A DNA stretch of 64,000 nucleotides, from assembly GCF_006345805.1 (NCBI RefSeq), contig NC_043002.1, positions 85,870,001 through 85,934,000 of the forward strand, written 5' to 3'. Numbering within the stretch: position 1 is the stretch's first letter; each line of letters opens with the position of its first letter. The position numbers were made by a program, and so were the translations under genes. A model generated the notes under the pieces. That model made no database searches. It had not been told where the DNA came from and worked only from the letters and a program-made list of their open reading frames with translations. Positions 11,617 to 24,100 of the stretch are shown here, piece by piece. This DNA comes from Octopus sinensis (lineage: Eukaryota).

Positions 11617-14409
11617 CTACAACAAAAGAAAGCAAACAATGGGATACATTTACATTAAAAAATATATATATCCTTCCGCAAGTAATTTTATCAACTTTTA
11701 AAAATCATAAAATGACCAAACTATATTTGGAAGGTAAGAAAGGTGGTTTTGTGCATTGATGTCACTGGAAAGAAATTGAGCAGAAATAAACCAAGGACAT
11801 TTGATCTAAAACGGTTGAAACTTTGTAGACATTAATAGCATACCAATCTGAAGTGACTGTCAAAAACCAGTTTCACTCACCACTGCATTCTAATTAATTA
11901 TTAATTTCAACTTCGAGGTTACCTCTCTTGTCTTTCCTAGTATTACTCATTAAGCTAGTAATTGTCCCTCTTCACCACAATAATTTTAATTAAAATTTTT
12001 GGCACACACCTTTAAATATGTCAGTATTGACTTCACCGTTGAAATGTTAACATTAGAAAATAATAAGGATAGTGACTGACTGGAGATGTCCCGGAAAAAG
12101 ATAAAATTTCAAAACGTCTGTGATTAGAAATACACAGTAGCTTAAACTCTTTAGCATTTAAATTGATAATATCAGGCCCATATATTCTACCTGTTTTATG
12201 TTCAAACTGGCCAGATCCAGCCTCTCACTTAATGTCATTAAAAAAAAAACAAATAATTACATCACTGTAAACTTGAAGCTATGCGATAACACAAGGGGGT
12301 AAAGACCCCCTTTGGTCATGAATGACCATGGGATTGCACCTAGAAAGTTACTCTCCACAGCATAAGTCCAGCTGTTGCCCATGCACACCAGCCACCCCTC
12401 TCCATGCCACTGAGGTTATTCTAGGGAAAGGCATAGGCCAATACAGTTTGGCACCAGTGATGTTGCAACTCATTTCTACAGTCGAGTGAACTGGAGCAAC
12501 ATAAAATAATGTGTCTTGCTCAAGAACACAACATACAGCCCAGTCCAGGAATCAAACTCACTACCTCATGATTGTGAGCCCAATGCTCTAACCACTGAGC
12601 CACGTGCCTCCACATAAGATAATATGTGATTAATCAAAAACAATCATCATCATCATCGTTTAACATCCGTTTTCCATGCTAGCATGGGTTGGAGGGTTCG
12701 ACCGGGGTCTGGGAAACCAGGAGGCTGCACCAGGCTCCAGTCTGATCTGGCAGTGTTTCTACAGCTGGATGCCCTTCCTAATGCCAACCACTCCGTGAGT
12801 GTAGTGGGTGCTTTTTACGTACCACTGGCACAGGTGCCAGGGGAGGCTGGCAGCGGCCATGATTGGTTGGTGCTTTTTACGTGCCACCGGCACAGAAGCC
12901 AGTCAAGGCGGCACTGGCATCGTTAACATGTGAATAAATAAGTATTATATTTGACAGAGCAATCTGAATGCTAAAGGGTTTCAATAATTAACAATTCATG
13001 ATTGTCTGAGCAGCTCTGGCAAGTGATCAGTGAAATAGAAAGAATGTTTTGACAAAATGACAACCAAGAAGAAATAATCAGTTTAAGCAGAATCAGACAC
13101 TTATTGGCCATATCTGCAGCTGGTTTTTATAGAAGATATTATCAATAACTTGGAGATTGCTAAAAGTAAGCACAAAGGCAATATCTAAATATTTATGACA
13201 TTAATGGAAACTTTGAAACCACTTCAACCTGGTAACATACTTGTGCCTCAAAAACAGTTGTACAGACACGACAAATCAAGCAATCAAGTATGTTCAAAAA
13301 TCATCATTATCATTGTTATGTCTACTTTTTCTAAGTTGGAATGGGTTAGGTGAGATTTATTAAAGTAGCATTCTACAACCATTGACCCTCCTTGCTGCCC
13401 ACCCTTACTGGTTTTTAAGTAAAGCATTCTTTCTACTTGCCTTCATGCACTGAAACTACAGTACATACAGTTTTACAAGAGATATAAAACATGACATCAT
13501 TGTTGTCAGTCAAATGCAAAAACATGTGGAAATAAACATTTACTTCCAGACATTTGATATTATATATATATATATATATATATAAGAGCATGTAAGAGAA
13601 CCATCCAGACGTGGCTGTTGCCAGCGCCGCCCCGACTGGCCTCTGTGCCGGTGGCAAGTAAAAAGCACCATCTGATTGTGGCCGTTGCCAGCCTCGCCAG
13701 GCCTCCGTGCCAGTGGCACATAAAAAGCACCATCCGATTGTGGCCGTTTGCCAGCCTCGTCTGGAACCTGTGCCGGTGGCACGTAAAAAGCACCCACTAC
13801 ACTCACGGAGTGGTTGGCATTAGGAAGGACATCCAGCCGTAGAAACATTGCCAGATCAGACTGGGCCTGGTGCAGCCTTCTGGCTTCCCAGATCCCCGGT
13901 CAAACCGTCCAACCCATGCTAGCATGGAAAGCGGACGCTAAACGATAATGATGATGATAATGTACTGCTCCATGATGGTAAGATCAACAAAAAAATTACT
14001 CCATCTGGTGAGAAATAAATATTATTTAATAAACACAATACATGTTTTTATGTGCTACTACTAGTTTCATGTGCTGAGGACATGCCAAACAATGTTTTAT
14101 AACACATCAGACATCTTGGCACAGTCATCGGGTGCAGCCCACATGGTATAATGAACAAAAAATCGAATGAGGCTGTGTCTGATGACTCACTGAGATCTTA
14201 GACGTATTATAAAACATTGTTTGGTATGTTCTCAGCGAGTCAGCAGACACAGCCTCATTCGATTTTTTGTTCATTATACCATGTGGGTTGCACCCGATGA
14301 CTGTGCCAAGATGTCAGACGTGTTATAAAACATTGTTTGGCATGTCCTCAGCACATGAAACTAGTAGTAGCACATAAAAACATGTATTGTGTTTATTAAA
14401 TGATAAATT

Positions 14410-14444
<35 letters not shown>

Positions 14445-17400
14445 CGAACACACACATACCACCTCATTTCCTTCACAAAGCATTGTTTGTCCTGAGGCTA
14501 AGAAAGATACTTCCCAAGATATAACACAGGATGGAAACCACATTGTATCTACACAGGCGTATGTAGCCTTGGCTACATCTGACGTGGGATTAAAATGGAA
14601 GAGTAAATTTCATCGACTTCAACCATTACTGGAGAGACCCTAGTTCACATTAATCATCAGAAAAACTTTTCACTACAAATAACATTCAAGTTTTGTGTGT
14701 GTGTGTGCACGTACATTTAAGTTTATAAAAAAAACGAATTATCTCCCCTTAAAACTAGGTAACAAATTTGATGCTTCCCACCCAGCCTTGAGTCAATGCA
14801 TCTCAATGAAATTCCATTTATTTTTCCAATTCCCACAATTATACACTGGATGTTAATCAACTGACTATGTTGCTTCCTACTGACAGAAACAAATCCATTT
14901 TTGTTAATATTTATTTATCATGTATCGCATATTTATTATATACATTTTGTAGCATATTAGACCTCTCATCAGCAAAGTTCTCCTATGACTCTGGGTTTAG
15001 GGAAACCCTGAGCCTTTGCAGCATTAAAACAATAACTAGGCAACACACAGTCTTGAACATAAATCTTGCTGAGCCTGTATATAACAAACTAGCAATAAAC
15101 AAAGAAAAAAAAAAATTTTGATGATGTCACACATAAGGTAAGTTCTAGTTCTATGAAATCGTCTAAAAACAAGTAGTTTTTATACAGAAACTTGATCTCT
15201 TCTAAACTACTTAGGGACTTTAAAATAGATTATGTTCCTGGAATATACAGATGGTGGGAGCATCTGACAAATGGTTGACAGTATTGTCACCAACACTGCA
15301 TTGTGTCCATGGTACTCAATGGCTGAAATTACTATTGCTAAGTAGGAATCACAAGTTGCTGCTGTAAGCAGTGACAACACTGGAAAATTAACCAGTTGTT
15401 TGTAGACGAGTTTAACATCAACAGTATCTTCCAGACACTATAGAGGGGTGAAACACTGCAATAACCCTATAGGTTATGTATCACATCAAATATATTTCAG
15501 ACTATGTTGTAAGACAATATGTCTTCTTTAAAGTATGAGTGAGTATAGATAAAATAAAGATCCTACATATTAGAATTCAATCAAAACAAATGTCTTACAT
15601 CTGGCAAAGTACATACTGGATCTATATATATATATTTCTTTATTGCCCACAAGGAGCTAAACAAAGAGGGGACAAACAAGGACAGACAAAGGGATTAAGT
15701 CAATTACATCGACCCCAGTGCAAATCTATATATAGGTTGCTCTGTAGTATTCAGTAGGTCATCTGTAGTGTCAGCTCCAAGGAGAAGCTTTGAGCTCCAA
15801 GGAGTAGAAATATAATGAAATATATGACTTCACTTAAGTATTCCCAACACACTTGTCTCTCTTCTTCTTATCAGCCTAGCTGCATCCAACTCTCTATGCT
15901 TTATAAACATTAGCCCATCCTCCAGCAAATATAAAAAAAGTGGACAAGTCTATCTAATATATTTTTCTACAATTATTCTAAGAAAGAGAGCAAGACCATC
16001 AGCAAATAGCATGTCCAGTAAGAACCTTGCAGTCTTTCTTTTGTTCTAAGGCAAGCAAGGTAGAAAAGCTTGCCATCTGATCTAGTCATGAGGCAAAATA
16101 TATCAGGTGCAGTGCCTAAGGTGCTGATAATTTTTCTGAGACAGTTCCTTAGACACCATAAATACAGTTCTGCTAATTAAAATATAAAGATTAAACTTAC
16201 GCTTTTGGACCTTCGTATTTCATAACTTTGATCACACAATCAAGGGTATTCTTGTATTTTTGAGCGTCTAGACCCTGAAAAGTAAACAAAAATATTTTGT
16301 AAACATTAATAAACTAGACACAATCAAACTGTTATTTTATTCTTTTACTGACTTCAGTAACTAGAATGTAGCCTCACTGGGGTACTGCCTTCAAGAGATT
16401 TAGAAGATCAAATCAACTCCAGTATATGTTTCAGACTGCAATTTATTTTATTAATAACTGGTTTAGTTACCTTTAATATAAAAGAACACAATCTGACATA
16501 CTGTTTTACATGGACATACATATACACACATGCAGGCATACACTCACACACACACACATGCAGAAGTATGGTACAGACAGTTAAGGTTGTATCGTTAAGA
16601 AGTTTTACTTTGTAACCACATGGTTTCAGATTCAATCTCATTGCATAAAATTTTAAGCAAATAGCATTCTCAGCAATAGCTTCAAGTTGACCAATACCTT
16701 GTGAATGAAATATGGCAGACAGAAAACATACAGAATTCCTTCACATATGTATGCATACATACATGCAAGTATGTGTGTATGTATATATGTGTGTGTGTGT
16801 GTGTGCATTTGCATGCATGTGTCTTCACACTGACAACACTTTGGTAGTGAAGATTTTTTGGGGGCTCCTATATACAAAATGTCCAGCAGCAGCTTGACAT
16901 GCAAAAATGCATCACTTGAAAAACAAAGGTTGGCATCAAGAAGCTCAAAATGACTCATCCAACCCATGCTAGCATGAAGAAAGAATATGCAAAATTAGTG
17001 GTAGTGGGAACTGCAGGGTCTATCTACAAAATTCCATTCCATTCATGAAACATTAGCCAACATATGCAACAGTGTAAGACATTTGCAACAGTAAGAGACA
17101 TTTGCAACTGTATGAGACACTTGTGACGGTATGAGACACTTGCGACGGTATGAGACACTTGCGACGGTATGAGACACTTGCGACGGTATGAGACACTTGC
17201 GACGGTATGAGACACTTGCGACGGTATGAGACACTTGCGACGGTATGAGACACTTGCGACGGTATGAGACACTTGCGACGGTAGGGGACACTTGCAACGG
17301 TAGGGGACACTTGCAACGGTAGGAGACACTTGCAACGGTAGGAGACACTTGCAACGGTAGGGGACACTTGCAACGGTAGGGGACACTTGCAACGGTAGGA

Positions 17401-20400
17401 GACACTTGCAACAGTACGAGACACTCGCAACAGTACGAGACACTTGCAACAGTACGAGACACTCGCAACAGTACGAGACACTCGCAACAGTACGAGACAC
17501 TCGCAACAGTATGAGACACTCGCAACAGTATGAGACACTCGCAACAGTATGAGACATTTGCAACAGTATGAGACATTTGCCCAAGTTATTGTACAGTGGG
17601 ATCAAACTTAGAACCATTTAGTTGTGAAGTAAACTTATTAACCACAGAGCTATGATTGTATCTGTTAATAAATTATTTTCTTGTTAATGAATTGTATTTT
17701 TGTATAATGTAACAAGTTATCTTGAAGGTTATACAAACAAATCAACTGTTAAACAGACTTAACTTTAATTTAAAAGCTGACTGAGAACATTAGCGAATAG
17801 TTAGAAGGGGGCAATAAAAAACTGTTTCTATTAGCATGATTTGAATGTGATTGAGAAAATTGGAAATAGAGATGTGAAAATACAGAGAAAGGGATGAAAG
17901 TAAGGATCTGAAGGAAGAGTAAAAAAAAAAAGGCTAAGAAGGATAGAGAGAGGAATAGAAGAAAGAGTAATGACCAATTGTATGAAAAAAGAATACAAAG
18001 GGATGTAAAGGACACATTAAATGAAAAGTAGAATAGTGACAGGGAAAAGAGAGAAAGATAGTATAGTGGGGAGAGGCAGTGTAAAGAGAAAAAGGGATAT
18101 GAGGAAAGACTGGCTGCATATGGAGAAGGGACTATAATTGAGAAAGAAAATGAAAAAAATATGGGCAGGAGATAAAAGTGTAGAAGGAAGAGAGAAGTAG
18201 AATGAAGCTGAACGGAGAGAGGAGAAAAACAAGAATAAAATAAAGTAACAGAAGAGAGAAAATTACATGAAAAGCAGTAGGAGGTGAAGGTAAAGAAAAA
18301 AAAAAAAACAAGGCAAAAGAAAAGAGAAAGAAAATCAGTCAAAGGTCAAAGTTTTGTATCATGTACCCCACTACTAGCTCTGTGTCTTTTTTAGATCTAT
18401 TTTCAGAATGTATGTTTACAAAACAATCTGACTGAAAAATGTATAGAAAAATCTTTCTAAAACTTTTATCAAATAGAAGAATTTAAACAATTATACAAAA
18501 AATGGATCTATTCAATCTCAGTCACAGATTCTTTAATTAATTAAAAAAAATTTTTTTAACTAAACAGTTTGCAATTTTGGATACTGGTTTAATGTGTCGG
18601 GTAGAACATGGTTTACCCTTAACGTTTTTGACAAAAGTTTTTATTTTAGAAGTTATTTCGTGTTAAAGTTGCATTTGGGTAATTTTAACCAATCAATGAT
18701 GTGTATTCTGCTGAAGAAGGTTACTGCTGTTTGTGAAAGTAATGGAAAAGCAACAACTTCCAAGTCATCGGGTCTTGAAAGAGAGAGGTGGGAGAAAAGT
18801 ATAAAAGATAAGAAAAGTTGGTGAGAAAAACAGAAAGTTCTTTTAGAGGGAATACATACGTGTGTGTGCATATTTTTTTCCATCTTATCCAATGTGTCCT
18901 ATCATTTATATAATGTTAGCGTGTGACATTGAGAGAGATTTGGGTGTTATTTCCAGCAGATTCAGCAACTATACAGGTTCTCACATTTTCTCACACACAC
19001 ACATGCATACATACATGCACACATACATGTACATACACACAAATATACATTTTAATCATTTTCAGTTAACTCGTTCAGTGATTGCACCTGATTTTTTTAA
19101 AGTGATGAATCAGAGAGAGAGGTAGAGAGAGAATGGAGGGGTAGTGGTCTGTTGACGATCTGAACGACAGCTTATATGTACTTACCAACCCCCTACCAAT
19201 GCATATTAATTTATTAAACCCCCTCCTTTTCCTTGCTTCCATTCGGGGTTTTATCAGCTTTACATATGAATGTGTGTGTGATGGACATATGTGTATGCAT
19301 ATACATGTGTCTGTATTTAAGTACATATATATATGCAGCGTCCAGACCCGATGACCTGGAAGTTGTTGCTCTTCCATTACTTTCGCAAACAGTAGTAACT
19401 TTCCTCAGCTGAATACACGTCAGTGATTGGTTAAAATTACCTAACAGACGACAACTTTAACATGAAATAACTTCTAAAATACAAAATTCTGTCAAAAACA
19501 TTAAGGGTAAACCCTGTTCTGCATGTCACATTCAACCAGTATCCAAAGTTTCTAACTGTTTAGTTAAAAAAAAAATTAATTTAAAAAATCCTTGACTGAA
19601 ACTGAACAGATCCAAAAAAATAAACAAATCCAAAATATACATGACACCAAATCTACAAATTCTTGAAGATGTATAAGATGCAAAGAAGTTATAAGCAATA
19701 ACCTTATCAGATGCCTCGGTCACATGTGACTATGTTACAATGCTAGTTGATCTATACTCTTATCTGTTTATGAGCACCTAGAAAGCTTCAACATTATTGA
19801 TGCATACACCAGTGAGAAGATTCACAAAATGATGGACCCAGTAATGAAAGAGTCATTTTATTTCTTAATCTGTTTTAGTTGAGAGGAACGCAGTACCAAC
19901 GATCCTTTACAGTACCTCAAAGAATAGTGGGAGGGAGGAAGATATCATTGAATTGGAGATGTGAATGAAGACACTCAAGAGATCATGTGGTTGTGCTACA
20001 TTGAATGATGGATTAAGTCTATTTATTGTTCTAATTGGCCAAAGTAGGATTTCAACACAAATTACATGGCGCCAGGACAAACACTGAAAAGTGTCTTGTC
20101 CAACTTTCTTATAGTTCTTCTAATCTATTAGCTTAGCTAGGTACTTTTTCATCAACCACAAAAGGATGAAAAGCAAAGTTGACTTTGACAGGACTTGAAC
20201 TCAATATGCTGGCTCTCAGATCAATTGCCATGAGACATTTTATCTAATGCTTTCACAACTCTGCTAAAACAATTGAGACAATAAAACAACAGATTCAGGC
20301 TTTTGAAAAAATAGGTAGAAAGATTGATTGCTCTGTGTGTGTGTACAGACAATATGTTGGTGTTTATTAGATCTATGTAATACCATAATCAATTTAATAC

Positions 20401-21091
20401 TGATAAATTAACGAGGAGAATTATCACATTAATGTATTAAGCAACACTATCACATCAGAAAGGTACAGTGGCAATTTACATGCTAAAAATTATCAATTAA
20501 AAATGTATAATTATCCATTTTACTTTGTGTTGATATTATATGTCATCATCCTCATCAACACCTGTTGTTCATGTTGGCATTGTCCTTTAAGAACACTTGT
20601 GAAAAAAGATTCTTAGCTAATGAGTCCCATATTTTTCAGACATATATGTGGAATATCATATTCTAAGTTATGTCATTGTAAGTAAATAAATTTTAACATG
20701 GCAGCAGGAGTTTTATATATATATATATATATATAAGAAGATAAATTCTAATACCTTAATGTTCTTAACATTCAAATCAACATCTCTGTCTGTATATCTA
20801 CCTTCTTTATAATGTTATCAATTAACATGAAAATAAGTATATGTATTGATGGAAAACCTCTATAAATGGCTGATGATTGCTCAACATTTTAAAACTGTTG
20901 TAATACTTACAATGTTTAATAAAATGATGTAGCATGAAACGATCGTACCAAATTACCGAAGATTTTCTTGTTGCTTATTTTGATTATAATCACCCCATGG
21001 ATTTATATGGATAACACCGTACAAAATTCTGGTGTATCTGACTTCTTAAGTACCATATTCATTTGAATCTAAATTTTGCTGAGAGTATATA

Positions 21092-21130
<39 letters not shown>

Positions 21131-24100
21131 GGGGGGGCAATGCTGATAATTTCTGAATCTCATCTGCTCACTATATACATATATATATGAGAAAGAGAGA
21201 GAGAGAGAATGAGAGAAAAGAACAATGGATCAAAGTATAAATAGTATAACAGATTAAAAAATGTTAAAGCAAAAGCAGGTTGAATTGTGTATGAATGAAT
21301 ATGAAATATAATTGATATGAAATAAGAATCTGAAATACTAATCAAGAGAATGCGAGCTGATACATTGGAAACTGCAGGTTGTACTTCGAAGATAAATGAC
21401 TAGTGGTTTCAGTTTGCAACAAAACTGAGCAATACAGGTTGGAGGAGACAGAGACAGGAAAATGGTCGTGATCTAATAACTCTAAGGATATCACATTCTA
21501 AGTTATGTCGTCTAAGTAAATTAATTTCACCTGGTCGGTAGGAGTTATTCCCCCTGATAGTTCTACGAAAGCTGTTAAAACCAACCATTTAAAGTAATTT
21601 GATGTTCTTTCGTAATTCGAATTATGTTATAAAAACTACAAGTAGTCATACACTCAAAAGGAATAATGGCATTAAGTAATAAGATCAGTAAATATATATC
21701 CTCTGAATGAAAAGTCTGGCTGCATACACGTGAGCATATTGTCAGGTGCATACAATTGACAACACAGTTTATTAAGATTTATTCAGTGAGTTCTATTCAA
21801 CGGATGTTTACACGTGGAATTAGCAGAATCATTATTAACTTTAGATGTTTTGGCCGATAAAGTTGAACTGAAAAACCCTATAACAAGGCATGAATTGCAC
21901 GAAGCCGTCTTGCAGTCTTGGGAAGCGCTATCTGAGCGGAAAATTCGTGGATGTATTCAACATCAAACTCGTGTTCGGCGTCAAGTAGTTGACTGTCGTG
22001 GTGGTAACAGATTCGTGTAATAACTTTTGTGTTTATTTTTGTTTCATAATATATATTTTTTCAGATGCAGCCAGACTTTTCACACATTTTACATATACTC
22101 TATGCAATTGACCAAGATCATTAGAAAACAACACATCCCACAAGAGCTTTGGATAGCAGGCAAAATTGAAAAACTTGCCTTCTAATCTAATGTAGAAGTA
22201 GATTACTTCCATTATGGCGACAAAATTATGAAGACCCTTGACATCGATACCAAGTATTGGGAGGTTTTGTAGCAAACATCTTGGAGCAGGCAAAAGAAGA
22301 ATGCTAACAGACCCAAAACCCTCATATAAATACAATCTGCAATAGAAACTCTCACTTAGAACTTCCCAGTCACAATAAACTGAGAAGTCCTATAGATTTG
22401 TCCCAAAGGGACAAACCTATAGAATGCAACGATCATGGTCATATCTGACTGAATGAAGACTTTGTACACATCAGTATACTGTATAATGGAACAGTCATCT
22501 CTAATGGAGCCAGAAAGAGAGTCTCTAAATTGTGGTTTGACTTAAGATAGCAGCAAAATCTTTGAACAACACCCTATGATCTTAAAGAAAAGGGGAATAA
22601 TGAAAAAATGGAGAAGAAAGTACAGTTATGACCTGAATGCTCTTTTATAATAGATCTGCTCTGTCAAGGTCAACTTGGAGCTAAACCAATATTTTTCTTT
22701 TTTTAGAAGTGGGTGTCTTGTGAGGATTATTCAAGACACTTGACAATTTGGAGAGAAAATTGATTGAAATATAATGCACAATGGGATGCTAAAAAGTTCT
22801 TGGCTTTGGGTAAAAGAAAATACAGGTGGATCAGTTAATTATGATTTTATTCAACATATTCCCCTCTCAGATTCACACATTTATTGTAACAGTCCTTCAA
22901 TTTTTCTAAGCCTTATTTATAGAACCTGGAAAGTTAGGCTTCCAACCAGGCCTTTTGCAATACCCTTAAATCAGGAACTTTTCAGCACCCATTTGTATAT
23001 GTAAGTATTAAAAGTAATCTCATTGATGAAATTGATCTTCTGAAAAGTTAAAATTCATTAATTGTGATTTAAACATTCTCAAGATGAGAATCTTCACTTA
23101 AAAAGAAAAGTGATACAGTAATTTTCTATTTTAAATTTCATTAATAGTTATGGAGCTCTAAACACAAAACAAAGTGTTGGAATTTAATATTTTACCAGAC
23201 TTAAGACAATAATTACATTAACTAATTAATACCTCACCATCATTTCTGCAGCTTTCCTGAGGAAAATAATGTTACTTATAGGGTTTCCTTTGGGAAAATA
23301 AAATAGTGACTATAACATCTAAAGATATCTACTACTGAGGACAACTGAAACGATATAGCATGACAGAAAACTAAAATGGTGTGAAGGGTATCTTTTATTC
23401 AAAATACAGTGATTAAATTTATCATTAAATTTTGCTTTCAATTATAGAAGAACTCTAACTCTAAAACAATTCTAGATTTCTTTTTAATCCCAGCTTCACT
23501 ATTTAAATTATTATTTACATTTGTTTCGTTTTTCTTTTTACCATGCTGGCATGAGTTAGAGGACTATATTATTGAGGTGTTGTTTTATAGCCAGAAGCCC
23601 TTCCTCCTACTAACAGTAACATGTTTTCTTACCCATAGCTGAGTGATTTTTCAAAGAGGTATACCAATGTAAGCAAACAGATAAACACACACACACAGAG
23701 TCTCTATCTACAAAAATCCACTTACAAGGCTTTAATAGAAGATACTTTAATAAGTTGCTATGCAATGGGACTAAACCTGAAGCTGCATGGTTAGGAAGAA
23801 AACATCTTAGCCCCTTAGTGATACCTGCACCTGAGTACTATGCAGTGGGACTGAACTTGAAACCATGTGATTAGAAAGTGAACTATTCTAACATTGCAAA
23901 AGAATAATAGTTTGAAATTCTGTTTTTCCATTCTGGTATTCTAACGTACACCCTGGAAGATGTGAGCACATTCATAATGTGCACATACACATTATCTATT
24001 GCATAGTTTTTGATTGGTAGACATATTTCAGAGCTGAAATTTAAAACATGCAGGCATGTGTGTGTATGTGTGTATATATATGTATGTGTGTACATATATA

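Larger units (their letters stand above)
12143..12980. mobile_element. MITE-like element (aaccctttagcatt / aatgctaaagggtt termini) interrupted by two nested insertions
   Basis: Left end ttaaactctttagcattt and right end ctgaatgctaaagggtt. A homologous left part occurs at 63052-63200. Confidence 0.7.

Noticed and set aside
17024-17617. Three overlapping 160-200-aa repetitive ORFs, and a possible CRISPR-like array
   Set aside because: The 19-aa periodicity is the 57-bp super-period of a 19-bp tandem unit. There are no unique spacers and the context is eukaryotic.
17770-18342. 190-aa hydrophobic 'membrane protein' ORF
   Set aside because: It is the reverse complement of a purine-rich low-complexity tract, with no motif or splice support.
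20652-21548. ~60-bp diverged direct repeat (20652-20712 and 21488-21548)
   Set aside because: It is short and only ~75-80% identical, most likely two relics of a dispersed element. Nothing links it to a function.
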